64,000 nucleotides of DNA from Acidobacteriota bacterium (lineage in GTDB: Bacteria; Acidobacteriota; CAIWXX01), in assembly GCA_040755995.1 (NCBI GenBank), contig JBFMAF010000024.1, forward strand, positions 256,001 to 320,000, written 5' to 3'. Below, in pieces: positions 49,006 to 58,907 of this stretch; positions within the stretch are counted from its first letter, which is position 1, and each line of letters opens with the position of its first letter. A program made the translations under genes and the position numbers. The notes below the pieces were generated by a model. That model saw only the letters and a list, made by a program, of their open reading frames with translations, searched no databases and had not been told where the DNA came from.

Positions 49006-51381
49006 GTGAACCCGTTCTCGATCCTGGCTCTATTCGCGTTCATGGTCTCCGTGTATCTGGGGGTCCACGTCTTCAGGCTGGATTCCAAGTCGCGGGTGAA
49101 CCGCACATTCCTCGCCCTCTGCCTCAGCTTCGCCGCTTGGGCGTTCCCATATGCATTCGTTTACGCCGAGACGGACCGGGAGCTCATCTGGTTCTACTAC
49201 CGTCTCTCATCTCTGGGCTGGGTCACGCTCGCCAGCTTCGCTCTGCACTTCTTGCTTCTGCTCTCGAAGCACGAGAGGCTGTTCGCCAGGCCTTGGATCT
49301 ACGCGGTCATCTACCTGCCGCCGGTTCTTTTCCTCTACCGCGTGTGGTCCGGCGTTCTACTTGCCTCGGATTTCCACCAGGGCCCGATGGGAACCGTGGA
49401 AATCCACGGCAGCCAGACGCTCTGGTATCGTGCGTTCAGCATCTATTATCTTGCGTATCTATTGGCGGGCTTCGCGTGCGTATGGATGTATGGGCGGCGG
49501 AGCCGGATCGAGAAGGTGCGCAGGCAGGCTGGCATCGTGGCCTACTCGGGTTTGATCACAGTCGCCGTGTGCACCTTGACGAATGTCACCCTGCCCGCCC
49601 TCGGTATCCCGCTGGTACCCGCCATTGCGCCGGTGCTGCTCCTGATCTGGCTCTTCTCCATCTGGTATGCCATCGTCAAGTACAGCTTCCTGAGCATCTC
49701 ACTCGAAGTCGCCATCGATGAAATCGTCTCCAAGATCAAGGATATGGTGCTGCTGGTGAATCCGGAGGGGAGAATCGTCAAGGCGAATCGGCAGACAGAA
49801 GTCCTGCTCGGACACTCAGCGCAGGAGCTGGTGGGGGAGACGTTGGATATCCTGTTCCATCCGGGAGAGGGCCTGGACCACGGCCTACTGGATCTAGAGA
49901 AGGCCGCAGGTGCGGCCAGGTACAGCGAATGCGAATGCCGCGCCAGGTCCGGTGAGACAGTACCCATCGGCCTCTCCGTGGCCGCGGTCAGAGACGACAG
50001 CGACAACCACATAGGGGCCGTCGTGGTCGGCCAGGACCTGCGACCGACAAGGCAGTTGCAGCGCGAGATCGCAGACCGGAGAGCCGCGGAGGAGGCTGTC
50101 AAGCGGCAGAACGAGTACCTGAGCGCGCTGCACGAAACCACGCTCGGATTGATCAGCCGCTTGGACTTGACGGAGCTCTTGGAGGACGTGATACAAAGGG
50201 CGGGCACACTCATGGGGACCGGGCACGGGTTCATCTATCTGCTCGATCCCGGCGAAGACGAGATCAGGATGCACGTGGGCACCGGCCCTCTCGCCGCAGA
50301 GGTGGGCACACGGGTGAAGCGCGGCGAGGGGCTCGGCGGGCATGTCTGGGAGTCGGGCGAAGCGCTGGTCGTCGATGACTATAGATCCTGGCCGGGGCGA
50401 ATCCGTGGGTACGATCTGTCCGATCTCCGCTCCTCCATCGGCCTGCCGCTCAAGTCCGGCGATTCAGTGGTCGGCGTGATCGGCCTCGCGTACACGAGCG
50501 AGGAACGGAGATTTGGCCCGAACGAGATCGAGACCCTGGAACGGTTCGCCCGGCTGGCTTCGATCGCTATCGAAAACGCCCGGCTGTACGCGGCACTGCA
50601 ACGGGAATTGGCGGAGAGGCGGCTGGCGGAGGAGCGCGCTGAGGGGGCCAACCGCGCAAAGAGCACCTTCCTCGCCAACATGAGCCACGAGCTCCGTACG
50701 CCCCTGAATCACATCATCGGCTTCAGCGAGCTGCTTCAGGAGAACGCCCGGGAGAGCGGACACGACGGGGATCTTCCAGATCTTCAGATGATCCAGGCCG
50801 CGGGCAGACGGCTTCTCGATATCATCAACGACATACTCGACCTGTCCAAGATCGAGGCGGGAAGGATGCAGCTTGAGCTCGAACCCTTCGACGTGGCCGC
50901 GGCGGTACGGGACATCGTCGACGCAGTCCAGCCGCTGGCGGCCAGGAATTCCAACACACTCAAGGTGCGATGCGACGAGAACGCAGGCACCATGCTCGCC
51001 GATCCCGCCAAAGTGCGCCGCGCCCTGTTCAACATCCTGAGCAATGCCGCCAAGTTCACCGACCACGGCACCATCTCGCTCGACGTGCGGCGGCACGCCG
51101 TCGGCGGGACGGATTGTGTGGCCTTCGAGGTGCGGGACACAGGCGTCGGGATCGCTCCGGAGGCGATGGACCGGCTGTTCGTCCCGTTCACACAGGCGGA
51201 TTCGTCGGCCACGAGGAAATTCGGAGGAACAGGGCTCGGACTGGCCATATCCCGCCTCTTCTGCCGTATGATGGGCGGCGATATCGGAGTCGTCAGCCAG
51301 GTGGGCCGGGGATCGACTTTCACCATCCGCCTACCCGCCCGCGTTCCTGGGACGGTAGCCGGCACGGATGCGATAGAATAG
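49006..51381 (+). CDS. Membrane histidine kinase: 7TM (HisKA_7TM-like)-PAS-GAF-HisKA-HATPase
   Basis: About seven N-terminal TM helices ([14 protein letters not shown]...YAIVKY), [27 protein letters not shown]. Confidence 0.92.
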   Translation: MNPFSILALFAFMVSVYLGVHVFRLDSKSRVNRTFLALCLSFAAWAFPYAFVYAETDRELIWFYYRLSSLGWVTLASFALHFLLLLSKHERLFARPWIYAVIYLPPVLFLYRVWSGVLLASDFHQGPMGTVEIHGSQTLWYRAFSIYYLAYLLAGFACVWMYGRRSRIEKVRRQAGIVAYSGLITVAVCTLTNVTLPALGIPLVPAIAPVLLLIWLFSIWYAIVKYSFLSISLEVAIDEIVSKIKDMVLLVNPEGRIVKANRQTEVLLGHSAQELVGETLDILFHPGEGLDHGLLDLEKAAGAARYSECECRARSGETVPIGLSVAAVRDDSDNHIGAVVVGQDLRPTRQLQREIADRRAAEEAVKRQNEYLSALHETTLGLISRLDLTELLEDVIQRAGTLMGTGHGFIYLLDPGEDEIRMHVGTGPLAAEVGTRVKRGEGLGGHVWESGEALVVDDYRSWPGRIRGYDLSDLRSSIGLPLKSGDSVVGVIGLAYTSEERRFGPNEIETLERFARLASIAIENARLYAALQRELAERRLAEERAEGANRAKSTFLANMSHELRTPLNHIIGFSELLQENARESGHDGDLPDLQMIQAAGRRLLDIINDILDLSKIEAGRMQLELEPFDVAAAVRDIVDAVQPLAARNSNTLKVRCDENAGTMLADPAKVRRALFNILSNAAKFTDHGTISLDVRRHAVGGTDCVAFEVRDTGVGIAPEAMDRLFVPFTQADSSATRKFGGTGLGLAISRLFCRMMGGDIGVVSQVGRGSTFTIRLPARVPGTVAGTDAIE

Positions 51382-51460
51382 ACGCCTGGTGCGGGGCTGG
51401 CGACGGCCCGCCGGCCGGCGACCGAAATGCACGCAGATTGTGTGAAAGAAAGGAACGCTG

Positions 51461-52729
51461 ATGGTCTTGGAGAAGAGTGAATCACTGTACAAGCGAGCCT
51501 GTTCCGTGATCCCAGGCGGGGTGAACAGCCCAGTGCGGGCGTTCCGCGCGGTGGGCGGCCACCCCATCTACTTCGCATCGGGCAGCGGATCAGGTTTCGT
51601 GGACGTGGACGGGAACCCGTACGTGGACTTCTGCATGTCATGGGGCCCGCTGATTCTCGGGCATGCTCACCCGGCCGTGATCAAAGCGGTGATCGATGCC
51701 GCCGGCGAGGGACTGTCATTCGGCGCCTGTCACGAGCGGGAGGTATTGATGGCCGAGGCCATCCTGCGCGCATTTCCTGAGTACGAGATGGTACGCGTGG
51801 TCAGCTCGGGAACCGAAGCCGTGATGAGCGCCATCCGCCTGGCGCGAGGCGGCACTGGACGGCCCTATATTCTGAAATTCGACGGGTGCTACCACGGCCA
51901 CTCCGACGGGTTGCTCGTTCGCGCCGGATCCGGCCTGGCCACCCAGTCGATCGCAACCAGCGCCGGCGTGCCCGATGAGATCGCATCTACCACCCTGGTG
52001 GCTCCGCTGGACGACGAAGAAACGCTCGACACAATCTTCCGCACCCACGGCGATCGGATCGCCGCCGCGATCATCGAACCGCTCCCGGCCAACGCGGGGT
52101 TGCTGGAACAACGCCCGGAGCTCCTCGCGCGCCTGCGCGAGCTGACGTTGAGCCATGGGACGCTGCTGATCTTCGATGAGGTGATCAGCGGTCTCCGGTT
52201 CAAGTTCGGCGGCTACGGCCAGATGGTCGGCATCTGCCCGGACATCGTGACCCTGGGGAAGATCATCGGTGGAGGGATGCCGGTCGGTGCCGTGGTTTCC
52301 TATGCGAGCCTGATGGACCATTTCGCGCCGACCGGCAAGGTCTATCAGGCAGGCACGCTCTCGGGGAACCCGCTCTCATTGGCCGCGGGGCTGGCGACCA
52401 TCGGGCTACTCGAGCGAGGAAGCGTCTACTCCAGGCTGGATGCCCTGGGTCTGGAGCTGGAAGTGAATCTGGCTGCTGCCAAGATTCCGGGCTTCCGTCG
52501 GATCGGATCGGTCTTCTGGCTTTATCTCGATTCCGAGCCCCCGCCTCGCCATCCGCGCGGTGTCAGCGAGCGGGCCGTGGAGCGGTTCAACCTCATCCAC
52601 CGTCGGCTGTTGCTTCGCGGCTACTACATGCCGCCCTCAGCCTGGGAAGTCGGCTTTTTGTCCACGGCCCATACCAGCGAGCAGATCCGCGGGTTTGCGA
52701 GCGCCCTGGCTGAGTGCCTGTCTGCCTAG
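51461..52729 (+). CDS. hemL: Glutamate-1-semialdehyde 2,1-aminomutase
   Basis: IPGGVNSPVRAF, SWGPLILGH, SSGTEAVM, GCYHGHSD, FDEV, GKIIGGGMPVGA, QAGTLSGNP. Confidence 0.96.
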   Translation: MVLEKSESLYKRACSVIPGGVNSPVRAFRAVGGHPIYFASGSGSGFVDVDGNPYVDFCMSWGPLILGHAHPAVIKAVIDAAGEGLSFGACHEREVLMAEAILRAFPEYEMVRVVSSGTEAVMSAIRLARGGTGRPYILKFDGCYHGHSDGLLVRAGSGLATQSIATSAGVPDEIASTTLVAPLDDEETLDTIFRTHGDRIAAAIIEPLPANAGLLEQRPELLARLRELTLSHGTLLIFDEVISGLRFKFGGYGQMVGICPDIVTLGKIIGGGMPVGAVVSYASLMDHFAPTGKVYQAGTLSGNPLSLAAGLATIGLLERGSVYSRLDALGLELEVNLAAAKIPGFRRIGSVFWLYLDSEPPPRHPRGVSERAVERFNLIHRRLLLRGYYMPPSAWEVGFLSTAHTSEQIRGFASALAECLSA

Positions 52730-52798
52730 ACCACCGGAGAGGAAGGCATGTTGCGATTGAGTCAAGCGACTGGAGCGGGTCCTCATCAATACACGGAA

Positions 52799-52836
52799 GC
52801 CGTCCGCTCTCTACTCTCCACTCTCCACTCTCTACT
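52799..52836 (-). repeat. Heptamer repeat (AGAGTRG)n, reverse complement of 7615-7644 with one extra unit
   Basis: gccgtccgctctctactctccactctccactctctact. Confidence 0.8.
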
Positions 52837-52895
52837 CGAGGCGCGGCCGGCTCGGTCCCACTTGCGTCAGCGGTCCGACGCCGCGCTTCGCTAAA

Positions 52896-54062
52896 ATGGG
52901 CTGGTTGGCTGCGATCAAGTCGGCGCTGCGTTCCGGTGGCGAGCTGCGCCACCATCTGGTGTTCGGCATCAGCCTGGCGACGCTGCTGGTGCTCGGCACA
53001 TGGTGGGCGATTTTCCTTCGTCGCAGCGTGAACGACATCTACCGTCTGCAGCTCGACCAGGTTGTGCTCGAGGGACGGCTGCTCGCGATGGAGCTCCAGG
53101 TGCGGGGAGATACGCGCCTACCGCCCGGGAGCGAATTCGAAGTGTCCAGGGACTCACCAGGCTCACCGCGTCCGATGCAGGTCTCGCTGGCACCGCGGTG
53201 GTCGGATCTGGTGGTCAGCCCTCGAGCCGAGCTGGTCCAGCATCTCGATCACAGGCACAGAATGAAGGTGATTCAGGTGAGCGGGGAGAGTTCTCTCCTG
53301 ATGATACTCATCCTGATCTCCATCTTCATGTTGTACCACGTGGTGCTCGTGGAGGGGCGCGTGCGGCGCAGCATGGAGAACTTTCTGAGCACAGTGACGC
53401 ACGAGCTCAAGAGCCCGATAGCCGGCATGAAAGCGCTGCTCCAGACGCTGGCGTCGCGTCCGGTCTCGGACGAGAAGCGCCGGCAGATCCTCGAGCTGGG
53501 CCTGCGCGAATCTGCGCGGCTGCAGCATCTGGTCGAGAACGTGCTTGCGGCCCATCGCCTGGACCGCAAGGGGATGCCGATCAAGCTGCAGCCTGTCGAC
53601 CTGCGTCCGGCAATCGAGAGGAGGCTCGAAACGAGGCGGCAGATCTTTCCGGCTGTGAGGGACGCCTTGAGCCTGGAGTGCCCCGAGAGCGTGACCGTCA
53701 CGGCCGATCCCGAGGCGCTTGGCATCATCCTCGACAACCTGCTCGACAACGCCGTCAAGTACTCGCCCCATGACCCGCAGATCCAAATCAGCGTGCGCGC
53801 GGACGGAGGCAGAGCCGTCGTCACGGTGAAGGACTACGGAATCGGTATCGAGCCCGACGAGATCGGGAACATCTTCGGGCGCTTCTATCGCGCGACACAG
53901 AGCGACGTCAAGGCGATCAAGGGCACGGGGCTGGGGCTCTTCATCGCACGCAACCTGGCTGCCGCAATCGGGGGCGAGCTGACCGCATCCAGCGAGGGAC
54001 GCGGGCATGGGAGCACTTTCACGCTGATGCTTCGTTCGTGGACGGGCCCGCACGACCGATGA
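52896..54062 (+). CDS. Two-TM sensor histidine kinase (no cognate regulator adjacent)
   Basis: Two TM helices, VTHELKSP, NLLDNAVKYS, DYGIG, GTGLGL. Confidence 0.9.
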   Translation: MGWLAAIKSALRSGGELRHHLVFGISLATLLVLGTWWAIFLRRSVNDIYRLQLDQVVLEGRLLAMELQVRGDTRLPPGSEFEVSRDSPGSPRPMQVSLAPRWSDLVVSPRAELVQHLDHRHRMKVIQVSGESSLLMILILISIFMLYHVVLVEGRVRRSMENFLSTVTHELKSPIAGMKALLQTLASRPVSDEKRRQILELGLRESARLQHLVENVLAAHRLDRKGMPIKLQPVDLRPAIERRLETRRQIFPAVRDALSLECPESVTVTADPEALGIILDNLLDNAVKYSPHDPQIQISVRADGGRAVVTVKDYGIGIEPDEIGNIFGRFYRATQSDVKAIKGTGLGLFIARNLAAAIGGELTASSEGRGHGSTFTLMLRSWTGPHDR

Positions 54063-54113
54063 GAATTCGGTTGCAGGATGAAGTATCATGATCTTGGTGA
54101 CAGGAGGAAGACG

Positions 54114-54176
54114 ATGCGGATGAGCGATATCCCCGAACTCGAGAAGCTGGACGCCTCATTGACAACTGTCAACTGA
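54114..54176 (+). pseudogene. N-terminal remnant of a putative addiction-module antitoxin (TIGR02574-like)
   Basis: AGGAGG SD then MRMSDIPELEKL; runs into a heptamer repeat and stops after 20 codons. Confidence 0.4.
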
Positions 54177-54187
54177 CAACCGTCAAC
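54160..54187. repeat. Heptamer tandem repeat (YGWCAAC)x4
   Basis: tgacaac tgtcaac tgacaac cgtcaac, abutting the lipoate ligase stop codon. Confidence 0.8.
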
Positions 54188-55002
54188 TATCTTTCATACG
54201 TCCATGCGTCGGTCGCGTACTTGGCGGCCTCGATCGACCTGATGATACCGATCTCCTCGGCCGACCACGGACGCTCCTCGAGCTCGATCCCGAACACCGA
54301 TCTGAATGCGGCGGCGAAGACGCGATCGAGGCGAGGCGGGGTGATGCCGCCGAGTATGCAGGTGATCGGGACGACCCGGCTGTCCAGCGTTGCGGCGTCG
54401 CTGCGGGTGCAACGCGCCAGCACACGCGCATCGAAGTCGACGAGAATCGAACCGTGCTGCAGAAACCGGTCGCGACTGCGCCATTGGGCGGACCCGGCGA
54501 TTTTTCTACATTTGTAGAGAATCTCCGAATGCCCGGCATCGAGGAAGCAGGGATCGTTCCGGCAGTACGCACCTGACCTCATTCGCGGGGCCAGCTCCGT
54601 CGGGATGCCGATGCGTTCGAAGCCGGCCATCAATGCGGCGCTGACCCGACGATATGGGCCGTATGGGGACGGGTCATCCAGCAACTGAGGGTGACTTGAT
54701 GCAATGCTGTAGGTGATCTCCGCGTCGTGCAGCACGGCCTGGCCTCCCGTGGGCCGCCGCACGACGGCGATGCCTGCTCGACGGCAGGCATCGAGGTCGG
54801 CGGCCGATGCCGCGGCCTGGGACTTGCCGAGGGACAGCGTCGGCTGCGACCACGCGTAGAACCTTAGAATGGTCGCCGGCACGGCAGCCACCAAGTGCAG
54901 CATGGCCTCGTCGGCCGCCATGTTGAACGCACCGGGGAGGGGGCCGTCGAGCACCAGCCGCCATGGCGAGAATGGGGGTCCGACGGGCTCATGATGGGTC
55001 AT
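54187..55002 (-). CDS. Lipoate-protein ligase A / octanoyltransferase (LipM-like)
   Basis: NMAADEA, LRFYAWSQPTLSLG, VRRPTGGQAVLH, KIAGSAQ, LQHGSI. Confidence 0.92.
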   Translation of the reverse strand: MTHHEPVGPPFSPWRLVLDGPLPGAFNMAADEAMLHLVAAVPATILRFYAWSQPTLSLGKSQAAASAADLDACRRAGIAVVRRPTGGQAVLHDAEITYSIASSHPQLLDDPSPYGPYRRVSAALMAGFERIGIPTELAPRMRSGAYCRNDPCFLDAGHSEILYKCRKIAGSAQWRSRDRFLQHGSILVDFDARVLARCTRSDAATLDSRVVPITCILGGITPPRLDRVFAAAFRSVFGIELEERPWSAEEIGIIRSIEAAKYATDAWTYER

Positions 55003-55021
55003 TGGGTGCTCTCAGGGGGCA

Positions 55022-55141
55022 GACGCGGAGACGCGGAGAGGGGGAGAAACGGAGAAACGGAGAAACGGAGAAACGGAGAAACGTGAACACGGAGAGACGG
55101 AGACGCGTAGAGCGCCAGACGCGGGGACGCGGTGACACGGA
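55022..55141 (+). repeat. Octamer tandem repeat, consensus GA(C/A)(G/A)CGGA, 15 units
   Basis: gacgcgga x2, gaggggga, gaaacgga x4, gaaacgtg ... gacacgga; related arrays at 2140, 9777, 44335. Confidence 0.9.
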
Positions 55142-55264
55142 GAAGAAACCATTTCGCGGCTCCGACCGCGGTGCCCAGTTTGTGTTATCTCGACCTTCGC
55201 CTGTCGACCCGAGGTTGCGCCGGCGCGGCCCTGACAGGCCTGGTGTACCCCAGGCTCGGCCTTG

Positions 55265-55486
55265 CTATGCTTCTGGTGTACCGGCTGGTGGTGCGGGTGC
55301 CTGGTCCTTGCCCCGCTTCGGTCCTGTGAACTTCTCGTAGAATTCGGTCAGGAACCTGGTGACGGCGTCGGTCGTGTCAGTAACATGCCGGCGCACCTTT
55401 TCGTTCTTAGCGACCAGCACCGCGGTGCCGACGATCAATGCCGACTTGAACAGCAATCCGCCAAGCTTGGAATGTCCGACGATCAT
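55265..55486 (-). CDS. Small hypothetical protein with a hydrophobic N-terminal segment
   Basis: GGGAGGAGG SD; last gene of the M48-TPR unit. Confidence 0.65.
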   Translation of the reverse strand: MIVGHSKLGGLLFKSALIVGTAVLVAKNEKVRRHVTDTTDAVTRFLTEFYEKFTGPKRGKDQAPAPPAGTPEA

Positions 55487-55510
55487 GAATCCTCCTCCCG
55501 TCTCAATACA

Positions 55511-56203
55511 TCACACATTATGTGCCGAACGCTGTGCCGCTTCAAGAAGCTTGACCTCGGGCAGGGTGGGGTCGAGCATGGAGGCGATCTGAAGATGGGT
55601 GAGGGCATCGTATGGTTGGCCCTGCCGCAACAGGGAGGCTCCGAGCATCGCATGGGCCTCGGCGTCGACAGGAGTTGTCTCGATGCCCACGAGGAGCTCT
55701 CGCGCGGCCGACTTGTGGCGTCTCTTGCGGTACCAGATCTTGCCCAGCAGTGTGCGTGTCAGTCCCGCCTCGGCCGCCTTCAGGCTCGCCGTGGCGGCCT
55801 CGAAGCTCGATTTCAATGCGGCCGACCGCGCAGCCGCCTTCGACTCGGTGCATGCGGTGCAATAGGCCACTAGCGCCCGCAGGAGAAGTGTGTGGGCGTG
55901 GTCTGCGGGCAGCCGATCGAGCACGGGAGTCAACTTGGGCGCCATAGCAGGCTCTTCAGCCAGTATCTCGTAAAGCGAAGATACGGATTCGGAGTGACCG
56001 GGGTCGAGCTCCAGAACGGCGGCGAACTGTTCCAGGGCTCTGTCGTTGCGCCCCTGGAAGTGAGCACTACGCGCTTCCTGCGCCCGTTGCGCCGCTTCGT
56101 TGATCTCGCGGATCTGCCGGGCCTTTCGCACGATCTTCTCTTCGAGCTGGGCGGCCTTGTCGCGGAGGAACCCGGCGATGCGGCTGATCGAATCACGCGG
56201 CAC
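55511..56203 (-). CDS. TPR-repeat protein
   Basis: ALEQFAAVLELDPGH, AEAHAMLGASL..QGQPYDALTHL; overlaps the M48 gene end. Confidence 0.75.
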   Translation of the reverse strand: MPRDSISRIAGFLRDKAAQLEEKIVRKARQIREINEAAQRAQEARSAHFQGRNDRALEQFAAVLELDPGHSESVSSLYEILAEEPAMAPKLTPVLDRLPADHAHTLLLRALVAYCTACTESKAAARSAALKSSFEAATASLKAAEAGLTRTLLGKIWYRKRRHKSAARELLVGIETTPVDAEAHAMLGASLLRQGQPYDALTHLQIASMLDPTLPEVKLLEAAQRSAHNV

Positions 56204-57029
56204 GCTGTCGCCTCCACGCGAGCAGCTCCTTCGTCCGCTGCCGGCTCGCGAATCTGATCAACTCCCGCACGCGATGAGGACCGAACGGGTGCGTGATCTG
56301 CTCTGCCATGAGCATCATGCCCGCCTTCGAGAGAAGCTCGGCCCGATCGAGCTCGTCGGCCTGCTTGAGAAACTCGGCCATGTTCACTTGCGAAGCGAGT
56401 GTCTGCGAGCCGGCCGAGAGAAGCAGCTCCGCCTTGACTGCCGCGGTGATGTCGGCGCACAGGCAGTATCCCAGGGCGTCGCAGGAGTACTCGCAGGCCC
56501 TGACGTACCGCATCAAGAGGGTCTTGGCGGAGAGAGCGAGCGGGATTCTGAGGAGATCCGGGAGCTGCGCGAGCAGGCTGGTGGCCTGTCCGAACAGCAG
56601 CATCATGAGGATGCGGTAGAGCCGGTGGTTGCTCTTGATGTGGCCCAACTCGTGGCCGATGATCGAGCTCATCTGCTCGGACGTGGCGGTGTCGAGGAGC
56701 GATGAGTGGAGCACGATGAAGGTCTCTTCGTCCGCCTGCAGCCCGTTGGTGTATGCATTCATCACGGGGTGGTTGCTCACGTAGATGGTCGGGGGTTCGA
56801 TTCCCAGCAAGCGGCAGTGGCTGGTCAGAGTAGCGTGCAAAACGGGGAACTGCTTTCTCGCGACGCGGACCATTTTCCCGAGCTTGAAGCCCTTGAGCAG
56901 CTTGTGCTGGACGCTGTCGATAGCGGAGATCAGTTTGACGACGATCGGGTGCTGCGACACCCTGGCAAAGGTGCTGGCCTCCTCGGCGTGCCGGTAGTCC
57001 TCGATGTCGATGATCTGCTTGTCAGGCAT
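56193..57029 (-). CDS. M48-family zinc metallopeptidase
   Basis: NAYTNG, IIGHELGHIK (HExxH), EYSCD, THP. Confidence 0.9.
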   Translation of the reverse strand: MPDKQIIDIEDYRHAEEASTFARVSQHPIVVKLISAIDSVQHKLLKGFKLGKMVRVARKQFPVLHATLTSHCRLLGIEPPTIYVSNHPVMNAYTNGLQADEETFIVLHSSLLDTATSEQMSSIIGHELGHIKSNHRLYRILMMLLFGQATSLLAQLPDLLRIPLALSAKTLLMRYVRACEYSCDALGYCLCADITAAVKAELLLSAGSQTLASQVNMAEFLKQADELDRAELLSKAGMMLMAEQITHPFGPHRVRELIRFASRQRTKELLAWRRQRAA

Positions 57030-57222
57030 GAAACCCTAATGAGGCGGGGCCTCAGACCGATGAAGCATGACCCCATGCTCCGTACCCAGGCCGAAGGCCG
57101 GTACCTGTGCCCGCACGCGCACCCGGTCGGAGGCGGATACGGGTACGGGTACAGATTCAGGCCCGTGAAATGCGGCTCGAAAGCCTCTGCTCATTCGCGC
57201 CATGCTCTACGCCTCCGGCTGC

Positions 57223-58626
57223 CTAGTCGTCCTCTGGCGGCTCGGATGGTTCGCCCTTGGCTGGCCGGATCTGGTACTGCTCCATCTTCTTGTACAGATT
57301 CGAGCGGGGGACGTCGATCTGGTTTGCTGTTTGAGATATGTTCCAATCGTTCTCGCGGAGGCGGGTGAGGATGAAGTGTTTCTCGCAGAGGTCGCGGTAT
57401 TCTCTCAGAGTGCGCGCGCCGGACACGTCCAGGATTCCGCGCGAGTTCGGCGGGGCCTTCTGGATCACCCCTTGCAGCATCAGGTCATCGGGGCCGATGC
57501 TGTCACCATCGCTCATGATCAAGAGCCGCTCGACCAGGTTTCTCAGCTCGCGGACGTTTCCGCGCCAGGGCATGGTGCGCATCGTCTGAATCGCATCCGG
57601 ATGAAAGCTCTTGTTTCGAAGGCTGTTCTCCTGGATGTACATCTGCCGAAAATGCTCCACCAGCGGCGGGATGTCATCGGGGCGCTCCCGCAGCGGCGGG
57701 CTCTGGATCGGGATCACGTTGAGCCTGAAATACAGGTCCTCGCGGAAACGGCCGGCCGTGATTTCGGCTTCGATCTCCTTGTTGGTCGCTGCGATGACCC
57801 TGACGTCGATCTTGATTATGCGATTCGCACCGATTCGCTCGATCTCCCCCTCCTGCAGCGCCCGGAGCACCTTTGCCTGCGTCTTCAGGCTCATGTCGCC
57901 GATCTCGTCCAGGAAGATCGTCCCGCCGCTCGCCTGCTCGAACTTCCCGATCTGTTTCTCGAAGGCTCCCGTGAACGAGCCCTTCTCGTGGCCGAACAGC
58001 TCGCTCTCGATCAGCTCCTCCGGTATCGCCGCGCAGTTCACCTGGACAAACGGTTCGGACCTTCGGGTGCTGAGCCGATGGATCTGTCGCGCCACCAGCT
58101 CCTTGCCCGTCCCACTCTCGCCGCGAATCAGGACTGTGGCGTGGGTAGGCGCCGCCTTCTGAATCGTCTCCAGCAGGCGCCGCATAGGGGCGCTCTCGCC
58201 CACGATCCGATATCGATTCTCTTCACGCAATCTGAACCGGCGGTTCTCCCGGGCGAGGCTCGAATGCGACAGCGCGTTGCGGACGGTCAGCAGCAGCTTG
58301 TCACGCTCGAGGGGCTTCTCGAGGAAGTCGAAGGCGCCCTGCTTTGTCGCCTCGACGGCCGTCGACACGGTGCCGTGCCCGGAGATCATGATCACCTCGG
58401 GGGGCTCCGGCGAGGCCACGATTCTCGGCAGAAGCTCCATGCCATCTACCTGCGGCATCTTGATGTCCAGCAGAACGATGTCAGGACGCTCCTCGTCGAT
58501 CATCCGCAGCCCCTCGCCGGCGTCCCGGGCTCCGACGAATACGTATCCCTCGTACTCCAGCACCATCTTCAGCGTGTCTCGAATGCCTTCGTCGTCGTCA
58601 ATCACCAGAATGCGCGGTTTCCCCAT
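57223..58626 (-). CDS. Sigma-54-dependent response regulator, NtrC/NtrX family
   Basis: REC; GESGTGKE; ELFGHEKGSFTGA; FLDEIG; FREDLYFRL; WRGNVREL; Fis-type HTH. Confidence 0.95.
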   Translation of the reverse strand: MGKPRILVIDDDEGIRDTLKMVLEYEGYVFVGARDAGEGLRMIDEERPDIVLLDIKMPQVDGMELLPRIVASPEPPEVIMISGHGTVSTAVEATKQGAFDFLEKPLERDKLLLTVRNALSHSSLARENRRFRLREENRYRIVGESAPMRRLLETIQKAAPTHATVLIRGESGTGKELVARQIHRLSTRRSEPFVQVNCAAIPEELIESELFGHEKGSFTGAFEKQIGKFEQASGGTIFLDEIGDMSLKTQAKVLRALQEGEIERIGANRIIKIDVRVIAATNKEIEAEITAGRFREDLYFRLNVIPIQSPPLRERPDDIPPLVEHFRQMYIQENSLRNKSFHPDAIQTMRTMPWRGNVRELRNLVERLLIMSDGDSIGPDDLMLQGVIQKAPPNSRGILDVSGARTLREYRDLCEKHFILTRLRENDWNISQTANQIDVPRSNLYKKMEQYQIRPAKGEPSEPPEDD

Positions 58627-58907
58627 CAGACCGGTCACCTTTCTTGCGAGCGCAGCGGGAATGAGGGGCCGAGGACTGACTCACACACCCACGGCTCGAA
58701 CACCCCTCATGCCAGCTCCAACCGTACCATGCTCACCAGCACACTTTCAAGCGGAGGCGGGATGAGGTAGCATTAATGTCCTGGGGGGATGTTGAGAAGC
58801 CGGTTTCGCTCTGCTTGCCTGAACCAGGGGGCGTGCCCAGGGAGCGTTCGGCACCAGGCGAGGAGGCGGCCCGGCATTCCGATCGACACCCGGCTAGTCA
58901 CGACTGG

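Noticed and set aside
55022..55141. Possible CRISPR array
   Set aside because: 8-bp units with no unique spacers, and no cas genes in the window
58640..58900. Sigma-54 promoter for the cyclase gene
   Set aside because: Only a bare GG-N10-GC match without TGGCAC/TTGC context
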